From assembly GCF_009914755.1 (NCBI RefSeq), contig NC_060926.1: a stretch of DNA of 64,000 nt. One strand, given 5' to 3'. Within the stretch, counting starts at the first letter, position 1. Every line of letters starts with the position of its first letter. This document shows positions 31,213 through 43,785 of this stretch, piece after piece. The translations under genes were made by a program, and so were the position numbers. The DNA is from the human T2T-CHM13v2.0 reference genome, Homo sapiens. Below the pieces are notes generated by a model, which saw only the letters and a program-made list of their open reading frames with translations, did not search any database and was not told the origin of the DNA.

Positions 31213-33447
31213 AGCTTTCTATGAAGTAGGAGCAGAGTTCTGATTCTGACAATTTTGCCAGTATTTTTGTTTCTTTTTGAAATGGATTTATGGAGGGCTT
31301 CACTCTTCCACTCAAGGAGTCTCACCCTTGCTGCTGTCTGGAGTATGGAGTAGAAGGAGTCATTGATGGAGGGAGCCTACAATCAGGTGGCAAATGCAGT
31401 GCTCCAGTGGAGAACAGTGATGCCTTGGATCAGGTAGTTGCTAAGTTGTAAAAGGGAGAATTGCAGGGACTTGTGCTACCCTTCTCATAGACTTACTCTA
31501 TACATCTTATAACACTTATTTTCTATCTCATTCAATCAAAGATATAAGAGAAAGCCATAAAATGTTTATGCTTTCACTTTACCAATATGACTAATTCGAG
31601 GGATAACAAGGTCTAAATCTTATGAATGTATCCAAATGTTAATAGCTACTTTTAACTCTCAGTTGATAAACGATAGAAACTTACTTATATTAGCAGCATG
31701 TCTGCATGTAAACCGATCCAGATGTTTATTTGGATTTCTCTTTACCTGGACATGGGTTTTCAGTTATTGTATAATACCCAGGCACTTGTTATATTCACAC
31801 CTTTCTCTCCTCAGTGCAGGTGCACACACAGTGTAGACAATTATCAGCCTCTCTGTAATCCTTAGGCTTTCTGGACTAGGGAAACCCTGCTTTATGTAAT
31901 CAGCTATATTTATTTTGTTCTTCATGTCCTCTAAAAATGAAACGAATTTTGACTCAGCTTGAGTCAAAGCATTACTGACAAAAACATTGTCAAATATATT
32001 TCTAAATATAGAGTGACCAACTGAGGGATTTTCCACTCTAGAAACACATTTTGGTACACATTCCTTTGGAAACATATTCTCAAACACTAATATATTATTT
32101 TTTTTAAACCAATGCCTATTCAAGTATCATGTCATCTGTTCCATTCTGTATATTGTAAACCTCAAACACTGATGACCTCACTCAATATTAGAGACTAACA
32201 CAATCTAGAGAGCAGAAATAATATTAGAATTATTGTATATTTCACTACTTTTCTTCTAATTAGGGATAAAGTTGACCAATACAAGTTTTAGTGGAATTGT
32301 ACATTTTTTGAATGTATGGAGAAGTCTGTTCTAAGTCAAATCTATAAATGTTCTGTATACAAATTACTGTAATAAAACCCATAAGATAATTTGAACAAAA
32401 GCTGAGTAAACAATTGTTTTCTCTTGTATGACTTTACATTTATCTCTGATCATGACTAGATTTCTTTGCATTAAACAAAATGATTTTGACCTTACAATTG
32501 AAGACTTTTCTTCCGACAATAGATGTCTTAAATGAGTTATTTGTTGTAGTATAATTTTTAAAACATGTTATAAATTTAATAACCTAACGCCAGTGTTTAG
32601 TAGTATATTCATTCCATTTTGTACTTTGGATAAAATATTTATCCAAATGTAACAGTATATTGCTATTCTGGAATGTTCACTGAGTAAGCAGTAGAAAGGT
32701 AAAAGCAGAGAGAACAGCTGACACATAGGGCCTAAAGTTCAACCAGAGCTGTGGTGGTAGAAGCCCTACCCAAGAAACTACCCCAAAGAGCCAAAACACC
32801 AAGAAGTTTTTCTTCATTTTTATACCTTGTATGTATCTATGCTCGGCCTGACCTTTGCGTCTTCCCGTCACTCATATCTCTGGTTAAGTTGGGAGTCCCA
32901 TAGCTGTTGTCTCTCCAGGAAATCCATGAATGCTTCTACCTAATACTTCTAGAACTCAACAGAATCCAAGAGTAAAAAAAAAAAAAAGTCTTCCTAGTTC
33001 TCTCTACTATAAATTATGTCTAAATCTATCACTTACGATATCCAGTCACTTAAAATGAAAGGCAATTTATTTGTAAAGCAGTGGCATATAGTGTGCTTGT
33101 CCATTCACTTCTTTTCGCCTCAGAACAAAGGAAGAGTATTTCATAAATTTTTACCATAGTTTTGTGGATTATCCAATGGAGAAATCATTATTAGTATGTT
33201 GGCAGGTAACCTTTTGGGGATAAATTTGTGTGACTAAACATTACCAGGCCCTTAATCATCTTCTCAGAGAAGGCATGAAGAGCAGTAGTATGTTCTAAGC
33301 TGCTGTATCCCACATGAGCAGAAGAAAATTTTCCAATCATTTCTCATTTGCTGAATATTATGTACTAATCATCACTGGCCTGTTCTTCATTTATTCTTTG
33401 TTAGAAGATCATTACTTATGGACAGCTTGTCTCTCTTACTCTCTCAG

Positions 33448-33483
33448 TCTCTCTCTCTCTGTGTGTGTGTGTGTGTGTGTGTA

Positions 33484-33515
<32 letters not shown>
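33448..33515. repeat. (CT)n(GT)n microsatellite
   Basis: Directly visible. Confidence 0.95.
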
Positions 33516-33517
<2 letters not shown>

Positions 33518-36500
33518 CTTTCTGAAAATTTCCTTGTCCTTCCTGTTTATCTCAGTGGAGCTCTGGTACTTATTTACTCTAACACTCATAAAGTGGTTAA
33601 CAGGGGGATTTTTAATTGGCTTTGTTCTTCCTTATGCATTTCCCCTGCCCCCTTGAATTTTTATAATCTTTATATAGAATAAATATTTCAAATATTTCTC
33701 CCACCACAGGACATTTTTATACATTATTACTGCTCTAAATGACCTCTGAGATACTAGAAGGTAGCTATCCAGAGGTAGCTTGGAGACAAGTTAGGCTCTT
33801 TTACAGACAAAAATACTTAAACGTGGACAATTGCAGGAACTTGCCCAAGTTTTGACAGTGTGTTAAGGGCAGAAGCAGGCATTGCCCTTACATCTACTAT
33901 AAGCAATTCAGAGTTTATTAGATGCCATGTCACTCAAATAACACTTACTCCAATGCCTACTCTTTAGTTAATGTACCAATTTAAATTGTGCCAACGAACA
34001 GCAGGAAAGCATGCAAAATGTCCTCCAACTAAAGCTAGTTCCACTATGGTATGCATATGCACACTGCATGCATAAAGTGTAAATGAAATGAGAGCAGTGT
34101 CAATATAAAAGACATGATTGTCATAAAACCTATTTAACAAAGTAAGGTATTCCTAGAACTTTGACAAACTGAAAAATGAAATCAAGAATAATTGCTACCA
34201 AATGTAATAAGCCACTTACGGAAATGATTCACCCTAAAAGAACAGAGAGAAAATAGGTAAAGAGAAAACTTCCATCAGAGTAACTAAAGCAGTCTCAGTT
34301 ATCACCAGCTTTAGCCTAATCATAACAAAAGAACAATGCTGTAGCTTAATCAATTCTAGAAATGGATAATGTTTATAATCAGTAGCAGTTATATTGCAAC
34401 CTGTCTGAAGAAAAAAATATGTTACGATAAGAAGGTTCATCAGAACAGTACTATTATTTGTTTGTACGAAACTTTCTCATTAAAATTCATTACTTTGGCC
34501 TCATTCTTTTCCATATAGACTCTTTATGAACATATCTGCTATGTTCTTCAAGAGCACAAGATACTGGGAAGAAGGATCCAGTATTAATTAGAAAAAAGAA
34601 GCCAGAGATTGTATGATCTATTATTTTAACCTGTGTCCATAAGAAATGTAAATCTGTATATCATGAACAGAAATTTATTCTTCTAACAAAGAATAAATGA
34701 AGAACATTAAAGAAGAATCTTCTATTCTGAGGCATAAACAATATATAAAGTTTAGTTGTTGCCTGGATAAAATATACCTAATGACTGCTCACCTCTCCCT
34801 GATATTTCCATATTCACTGTATCTGTTCACCTCATTGCCAAGTTGGCCTTTCAGATGCTCTATTTTTAGGAGCACAGTGATTTGAGGGGTAGGAGGGAGC
34901 ATCTAGTATTCTGGTGGCTACAAAAAAAAAGGTCCTATTGTAAGTTAATAGGTATTTTGCTTAATATATTTTGAATTTTTCTAGCATTAATAACTTTACA
35001 TTAGTTTTCTTGCAACTCTGAGGTATAGCCCATGAAATATATTTATTCCACTCTGTGTATCCCCACATGTGAAATCCTACACTGTACCCTTTCAGCTCCT
35101 CATAAATGCTTCCATAAAACTGCTGTAGAGTTTTCTCAAGTCAAGAAGTTGTGAAACGGATGTGAGAATTTTTTTTAAGTGTGGGGGAAAAAAAACAGCA
35201 TAAAAAAGAAAACTGACTCTATTTATTTGTGTCTCTTAAATGCTGTCAAAACTCTTAAACTCTTTCCTTTGGCTTCCTTCTCCCTCATACAGACTTTATT
35301 AACATGATTGCCACCTTATTTGAGATGGTAAGCTCCTGAGAGATAAGAATTCAGTATTAATCTTCCTTGTTTTTCTATCATCTGAGATAATGCCTGACAT
35401 ATAATAGCTACAAAATAAATACTTAATGATGAGAAAATAAATGAATGAATTTAAGTTCCTGAGAGAATAAAACAATCCACTCTTACTTACAGAGTTCATT
35501 ATGCTTACAGGATCTCTGAGTAATTGTTATCAATAACAAAGAACATTATTGCGTATTAAATATAATCCTGTTTATATAATGAGCAGTTATACTCTCTCTG
35601 AACTAAAACTGTCTTTTTTATTAGCAAATGTTGAAAATTGAAATAACATTTGTGGTAATTTATTAATGAAGACACTAAAGGAGGAAGATAATTATAATTA
35701 TGCATAAATTTAAAAGATATGGGGAGAAGGGAGAAAATCCAGATAGTTTTCTTCTTGCATTGAATTGCTCCAGAGTTCTGATTCAAAATGCAGGAGTAAT
35801 AAATTGGAAGTTTGCCTTATGTGGTTGATCAGAAATGTCTTGAAATTTTAAACAGCTTGCTTCATAATTAAGGAGTATCGACTGTCTTTACTTCTATTAC
35901 TCTTGGACATTAGACACAGTATAGTCCAATGTTGATCATTTATTGCAACATCTGCATAACTGCATAAGAGGAAACAGTCATTGTTGGACATAATAGTACT
36001 ACATTATGGTACATTAAAATTGCAGACTATTGAAATTTAGCAGGTGTTTTCCCAGTAGATGTTTGTGATAAGAAAAAGATAATTTCTCTCACATTCAAGT
36101 AGGCTAATGCAATAATTAAGAAGATAGTAGTTTAAAAATTTATAAAGCTCCCATTCAGTCAAACTGAGTCCTTGACTATGACTCCATAATCATGTCTTAA
36201 TGGGTTCTGTTGAATGGCTGGGTATCAGCTATCTGTGGTTTTCGTAATTTATATTGTCTGACCATTAAGGACTTCCCAGTATTTTCATACTTCCTATCAG
36301 CCTGCTTCTTGTCTTTTTTCTTGTAAAGTGACTTGACTATTCTGAGTATCACGTGTCCATCCTCCCTTTACATTCTACAGAAGGTATAAATGTTCTTTAA
36401 AAGTAAACATTCAGGAAAAGTCCTGGAGGAACTGATTGCTGGATCATTTCACTTACATTGAAAAAGTTTTACTACCTCTAACAAAATAGCCATTTGGAGC

Positions 36501-36718
36501 TACCACATCAGTTCTCCTAGCTGCCTTTATGATGTACTTTTAAAGAATTTCACCTCCAGATTTTAGATCATTGAGGGAAAATAACACAAGTTACAATTAT
36601 TATTTTCTACTCCTTCTAGTCCAGGATCAGTATTTTTACCATGACATTCTTGTATCCACCTCCCAGGTATTTTTGAAAATGTAATACAATATTTTAGTGA
36701 CTTCTGACTTTAGTAATA

Positions 36719-36720
<2 letters not shown>

Positions 36721-36753
<33 letters not shown>
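36721..36753. repeat. (GAT)11 trinucleotide repeat
   Basis: Directly visible, flanked by AAT units. Confidence 0.95.
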
Positions 36754-38565
36754 AATAACATAATGTCTCCAAAGCAGACATCCAAGAAAGCTCATGTTGG
36801 TATGACTGAAACTGGTTTGATTTTTAAAGCAAGTTTCCATCTGGCCTAAATCTCTACAGTATCAGATAGCTGGCAATCGTTTCCCCTACCTGTTTGGCTC
36901 AGCTTAAAAGTCCAACATTAAAGCCTCAGCTGGAACAGCAGGCGGGAAAGTACACTCTGGCATGTGTAGGTTTAGCCAGCTCCAAATGCCAGTGTGAACC
37001 CAAGGCCACAGTGCTCTGTTCAGAGACATGTCACCTACCAAACTTTAAAATTCACAACACATTTTAAATTTAGTAAACCACTATACTGAGAAAGAAAATG
37101 TTAGCCCTTATTCCGACGCAAACTGAAATAGCTCAATTTAACTATTTCTGGTGGCTCTATTCAATTTCTCAAACACTTACTCTACATATACTTTGTGCAA
37201 TATAATATGATAGTTATAAGAGCGGTGGAGGTGAGAGAACACAAAGCAGGAAAACAAAACAAAGCAAAGCACAAAACCTGACTTCAAGGTGCTTACAATA
37301 CGGTGGTTTCCTTGATAGATACAGTAATAAAATACTTTATACAAAGTATAATTTGTATAATTTTCTTATTATTTGACTTTGTTGTTTGTTAGTTGAAGGC
37401 AAAATATACTAAACTATAATGAACATTCACGAAAACAATAAGCAATCATAAATGGTAGCTAGCTGATGGTAAGCTTTACGAATGAGGCGGAATTTTAAGA
37501 AAAGGTGGAAATCAAGAAATCGAAAGAAGGTAAAAATAACACAGAGTAAGAAGTATAAAGCAGGACCATGCAAAATATGTGAAGGGAACATCAAGGTGTC
37601 CAGATTGGCAGAAGTGCAGCATCCATGGAAAAGAATAACGAGAAATGAATCTGGAGAAGCAGGTGGAGGAATCCAGATCATTGAGTGCCTTAAATTCAGC
37701 CTGACAAGTTTGAACTGTAGTCAGTGAAGAGTTATTAGCTGTTTTCATTTTGTTTGTTTTTAGCAGGTGGGTTAAATTATCAGGGTTCTATTTTAGAAAG
37801 AATAACTTCACAGTCTTGCACAGGGTGGAATAAATGGGAACGGAAGGAAAACAGGAGGCCATTACTCTATCCTGTGCAGAAACAAGCCCTGAATTGAAAT
37901 GATGGTAGTAAAAACAGGAAGGGAACTAATGTGAATAAAATTATTTCCTTTTTTCAGACCTTGAAAGAAAATCTTTTCACATTTACATGTGCAACTATTA
38001 CCTTGTCATATTTTAACAACGAAACTGAGTCACTAACATTTACTGCAGTAATTTATCTTGCAATGTACTGAAAAAGTTTGCTTGCAATGTGAAATTTTAC
38101 TTTCTATGTAGTCTTTTGATATGTAAAAATGTTCTGAATTTTAAAATATTGGAACTTAAGAATGTATTTGGTGGCCAAACATATTCTCAAGGTTTTATGT
38201 TTGTTATCTTTCAAATGTATTTTTAAGGATCACCTTTTTATCCCAAACTAGTAGCTGAAAGGCTACAATAACAGAAGCCATATACAAGTGGGGTAGAAAA
38301 CCACTAGTAAAGAAGAAACTAAATACTAGAGGCAAAGCTAACTTAAATGATGGACTGGAGAGCTGGTGTAAATGTGTTAGGAAATTGAGGCCTAAAGATA
38401 AGGGCTAGCCATCTGAAAGTATAGAACTCAATGAGGTAGACAGGAGTGCTTCATTCATTCATTTATTCATTTATTCACTATCATCTCATGACTTTGCCAT
38501 GGCCTGTGCAAGATATTTGGCACAAAGAAAAGTGACTTTAATATATTTATAATCAGATGTATTAA

Positions 38566-38923
<358 letters not shown>

Positions 38924-39175
38924 TAATATTAGAGTATTTATAAAGCATAAGAAAATGCATCAATTCAAAACAATCTTCCAAATAAATATTTTCACTTATA
39001 AATCTGTATAATGAATACATAAACAATGGTATGCCTTAGAATATTCTTTAAAGTAGCAAACACTTGGGCACCATGTAAATTTCTAATTATTTTAGTTAGA
39101 TACATGCTATTTTCATATTAATTACACCCCTAAAAATCATTTTATACTGATCTATTTATCAAAATCATAAAATAT

Positions 39176-39236
39176 TTAATAATATACTATTGTTTATAAC
39201 ATATTGTTTATGTTATAAACAATAGTATATTATTAA
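39176..39236. repeat. Perfect 28-bp AT-rich inverted repeat with 5-nt spacer
   Basis: ttaataatatactattgtttataacata - ttgtt - tatgttataaacaatagtatattattaa. Confidence 0.95.
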
Positions 39237-39553
39237 TTATTTAAGGCAGGGCTAAATTTTCAAGTATAATGTCTGTACACTTTGTCTCTACTGTATATAT
39301 ATATTTATATTTTTAAAATCTCATACATAGATATATGTATATATATAAAGTGTATATATAAAACACACATATAAAACACATATATACATGTGTATATATA
39401 AAACACATATGCATAAGACACATACATGGTGCATAAAACACATGGCATAAAACATACACTTACATACACTATGTAAGTATTGTAAAATATATTAAGGTAA
39501 TCTTTAGAATGTTTTTTTGTGTTTTTTTTTGTGCTCTGGAATTTCTCTTTCTG

Positions 39554-39657
39554 TTTTTTTTTTTTGTTTTTTTTTAAATTAATTATACTTTAAGTTTTAG
39601 GGTACATGTGCACATTGTGCAGGTTAGTTACATATGTATACATGTGCCATGCTGGTG
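39554..39657 (-). mobile_element. Severely 5'-truncated young L1 (L1PA2/3-like 3' end)
   Basis: Poly-T then ttatactttaagttttagggtacatgtgcacattgtgcaggttagttacatatgtatacatgtgccatgctggtg, the reverse complement of the L1 3' terminus. Confidence 0.92.
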
Positions 39658-40335
39658 AACAGCAGTTTTTTTCTGAATGAGTGGCTTAAGAGTGATTTTT
39701 CTTTACTATTTTCTAAGTATAATTTTGCAACTGGAAAAATAAATACCTATTTTAACCTTGTAAGCTTAAATAACTTTCTATTTTAAGGGATATTTGAACA
39801 TGTAAAATTTTTCAAATTAAATAATGTGGGCATTCCTTTAGACCAATTTAAATTTCACCAAAGAGTAAAAAGAAAGTACACAATACCTATTCTTACTCCG
39901 TTGTTTTACAGTGGGGGAAATCTGTATCACATGTATAGAACAAATACTAATGAAATGAGAACATAACCATAATACATATATGACTGTCATGAAATCCATT
40001 TCTATCAAAGTACCTGGGGGCAAGTGAGGTACCTAAAACTTTAACAGGATAAAGAATGAAATCTATTATAATAACAATCAAACATAATAAACTACCTGTG
40101 GAGATCACCCACTTTAAGGAGCAATGGATAAAATACTTAGGTTTGGTCAGATTTATCAGAAAGGCTACAGCATACTCATGAAAACATAGTTAAGTGATCG
40201 CCAGAGATAATCTAATCTTAATAATAAATGAGGATATCGCATAGTTCATTCTAGAAATAGATGGAGTTTAACATTGCTATAATAGAATTTGCCCTATTAA
40301 AAATCCTTTTCCAATATCATCTGCTCTTAGAGGAC

Positions 40336-40631
<296 letters not shown>

Positions 40632-40669
40632 CAGGACCTTTTAACTAAAATATTAAAGGCAAAAAATAG

Positions 40670-41032
<363 letters not shown>

Positions 41033-41044
41033 TCTTTTTAAAAA

Positions 41045-42150
41045 CTTTTTCTTTTCAGAGAATTGTAGGTTTATATGTAGTTGTAAGAAATAATACAGAG
41101 CATGAGCATACTCCATAGCCTTCATGCAGTGTTCCCCAGTGGCAACATCTTGCATAACTATATTATCGTATCACAAGCAGGAAATTAACATTACTAAAAC
41201 CCACTGAATAGATTCCACTTGTTTTATATTCAATCATTTCTGGGCACATATATATTTAGTTCTATGTAATTGTTTGCATGTGTATATTTGTGTCCAACAC
41301 CATCACATGCAACACCATCAGAGAGCTCCCTCAGGTTACACTGTTATAGCCACAGCCACCTTCTTCCTCTCCTGATCCTGACCTCTGTCAAGCACTGGTC
41401 TATTTTCCATTTCTATAATATTGGCATTTCAGGAATACTATGTAAATGTAATTTTACAGCATGTTACTTTTGAGACTGGCTCTTTTCACTCCGCATAATT
41501 CCTTTGAGATCCATCAAAGGTGTCATGGTGATCAATAGTTTGTTCTTTTGCTGAGTAATATTCAATTGTAGCAGATACAATGATTCCTCCCACTTTATTA
41601 ACCTTTTTCAAAACTGTTTTTAACTACTCTAGTTTCTTTGCTTTTCCATATAAATTTTATAATGCTTTTGTCTATGTCTATGTCTAAATAAAACTCACTA
41701 GGATTTTAATAAGGACTGCATTAAGCCTACAGACCAATTTTCGGTGAAGTGACACATTTAATATGTTCCAATCCATGAATATAGGATGTCTCTTATTATG
41801 TCGTTTATTTAGATTTTTTAAATTTTCTATCATTATCATTTTAAAATTTTAGCATGAGGATTCTTTACATATTTTATTAGATTTGTAACTAAGTTTTCAT
41901 TTTCAGTGGAGCAATCGTAAATGTTTCACACATACTCATAACCAGTATATAGGAGTGGATTGACTTTGTATGTTGATCTGGTAACATGCACCCTTGCTTA
42001 ACTCACTTATTAGTTCAAGGAGGTTGGTATTTGTTTGTGTTTTCTTTTTGTAGATTTATTAGGATTATTTGCATAGACAATTATTCATCTATACATAAAG
42101 ATGGCTGTATTTCTCTCTTTTCAATGTGTATGCCTTTTTTGTGCTCGGTT
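41045..42150 (-). mobile_element. Old L1 (L1MC-like) fragments
   Basis: gtagttgtaagaaataatacagag...ccccagtggcaacatcttgcataacta...ttgagactggctcttttcactc and antisense ORF2-like text; boundaries approximate. Confidence 0.7.
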
Positions 42151-43498
42151 TTATTATTTTTTGATGTTTGATATTGTGGATAGGTAAGTAACGATACCAA
42201 TATTTCTAACAATAATATCTGCACAATTTAATTTCTTGTTAGAAAGGACAATTATCAATTTGAATAAGATGAATTATGTAAAGGAAATAATAGTGTAAAC
42301 ATTCTCTAAACTGTTTTATTTTATAATCACCTAAAATCAGTACCCAAAATAACATTAGTAACATTGGTAATGGAGTTCATTTAGCGGGTTCTGCTCAACT
42401 GTGGCAAGTATGTAAAAAACAAAACAACAACAACAACAACAAAAAAACCTTTGTTCTCTCAGTGACATTTAATTCCTTAGAAACAAATCTAAATAAACAT
42501 ATCTAGTACTTGAATCTATTAAGGTTTGTAATCTTAATAAAGAAGCTTTTATTTTAATCACTTCAAATAGAAGTGAATCTTATTGCTGAAAATTAATTAT
42601 AATCAAGAATTTGGATCTATTACAAAATTAAAACTCTATAAATTCTTATTTCTAAATGACTAAATGAGAAAAATAAATATTACAAAAGTTTCATTCTGTC
42701 TTATAACAATAACTTCAAAAACGAAATTTAATATAATCCCAGCTTTACCTTTATATCAGGGAACTCATATATTGCCACACTTGGAATCAGGGCTTCATAC
42801 AGTGGATTTATTATTAATACATACAGGAGAGCAAGTTCCAAAATGTGGTAGATAAAATATTGGTCAACAGAAATGTTCTAAAGGAAAGATTTTCATTAAT
42901 TAATTTAGTTTGTAATAAATACATAAAGCATTTTTCTTAAGATTATTTCTACTTTATTAAATTATCTACACAAACCTGCACTACTGAAAACTGTTTAACT
43001 TTCTTATAAACTTCCAAGCTACAAGAGGCCTTTACAGTGAATTAATGTCATAATTTTATGTTATCGAGAACTGTTTATTTTGTTTCCATAAAGCTGTATA
43101 CCCAACGTATTATTCTAAAGTAAACTGCCATAATGAAGGGATTATTTTGAACTACTTTATCAGTTGTCCCTTCATTCTAATCATTACTCTGCTATTTAAT
43201 TAATATTCCAGAAATAAAATTCCTCTTACCAGAACATTTGCTGCATTTTGTTTTTCTCTTTATACTAATGAAAAGTTAGTTAATGTGTCTCTATTCCAAA
43301 CAGTATCACACCAATCTTCATGGGAAACTGTCCATGTTATTGTCTTAGCAATAACTAGTTGAGTCATCTTTCAATAAAATCATGTCGAAAAGGTTGACTC
43401 AGTTGAATGCAACCCCTGGCTTATATCTCTTTTGGAATGTCTTTGTATTTGCATAGTCATTCCCAGATCTGCTAACTCCAGAACACACTTTTTCTGAC

Positions 43499-43785
43499 TT
43501 TTTTTTTTGAGATGGAGTCTCGTCCTGTTGCCCAGACTGGAGTGCAATGGCGAGATCTCGGCTCACTAACCTCCGCCTCCTGGGTTCAAATGATTCTCCT
43601 GCCTCAGCCTCCCAAGTAGCTGGGATCACAGGCACCTGCCAGTATGCCCAGCTAATTCTGTATGCTTTTAGTAGAGACGGGGTTTTGCCATGTTGGCCAG
43701 GCTGCTATCAAACTCCTGACCTTGTGATCTGCCCCCCTCAGCCTCCCTAAGGGCTGGGATTACAGGCGTGAGCCACGTGCCAAGC
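43499..43785 (-). mobile_element. Alu (AluS-like)
   Basis: Poly-T plus body; TSD tttctgactttt / tttctggctttt. Confidence 0.93.

Noticed and set aside
31764-32123. 119-aa minus-strand ORF as a host coding exon
   Set aside because: No recognisable domain, non-ATG start and no convincing splice boundaries; the length is compatible with chance.
42054-42189. Possible + strand exon ending at tag|gtaagt
   Set aside because: It lies mostly in antisense old L1, which is rich in cryptic splice-like motifs; no further support.
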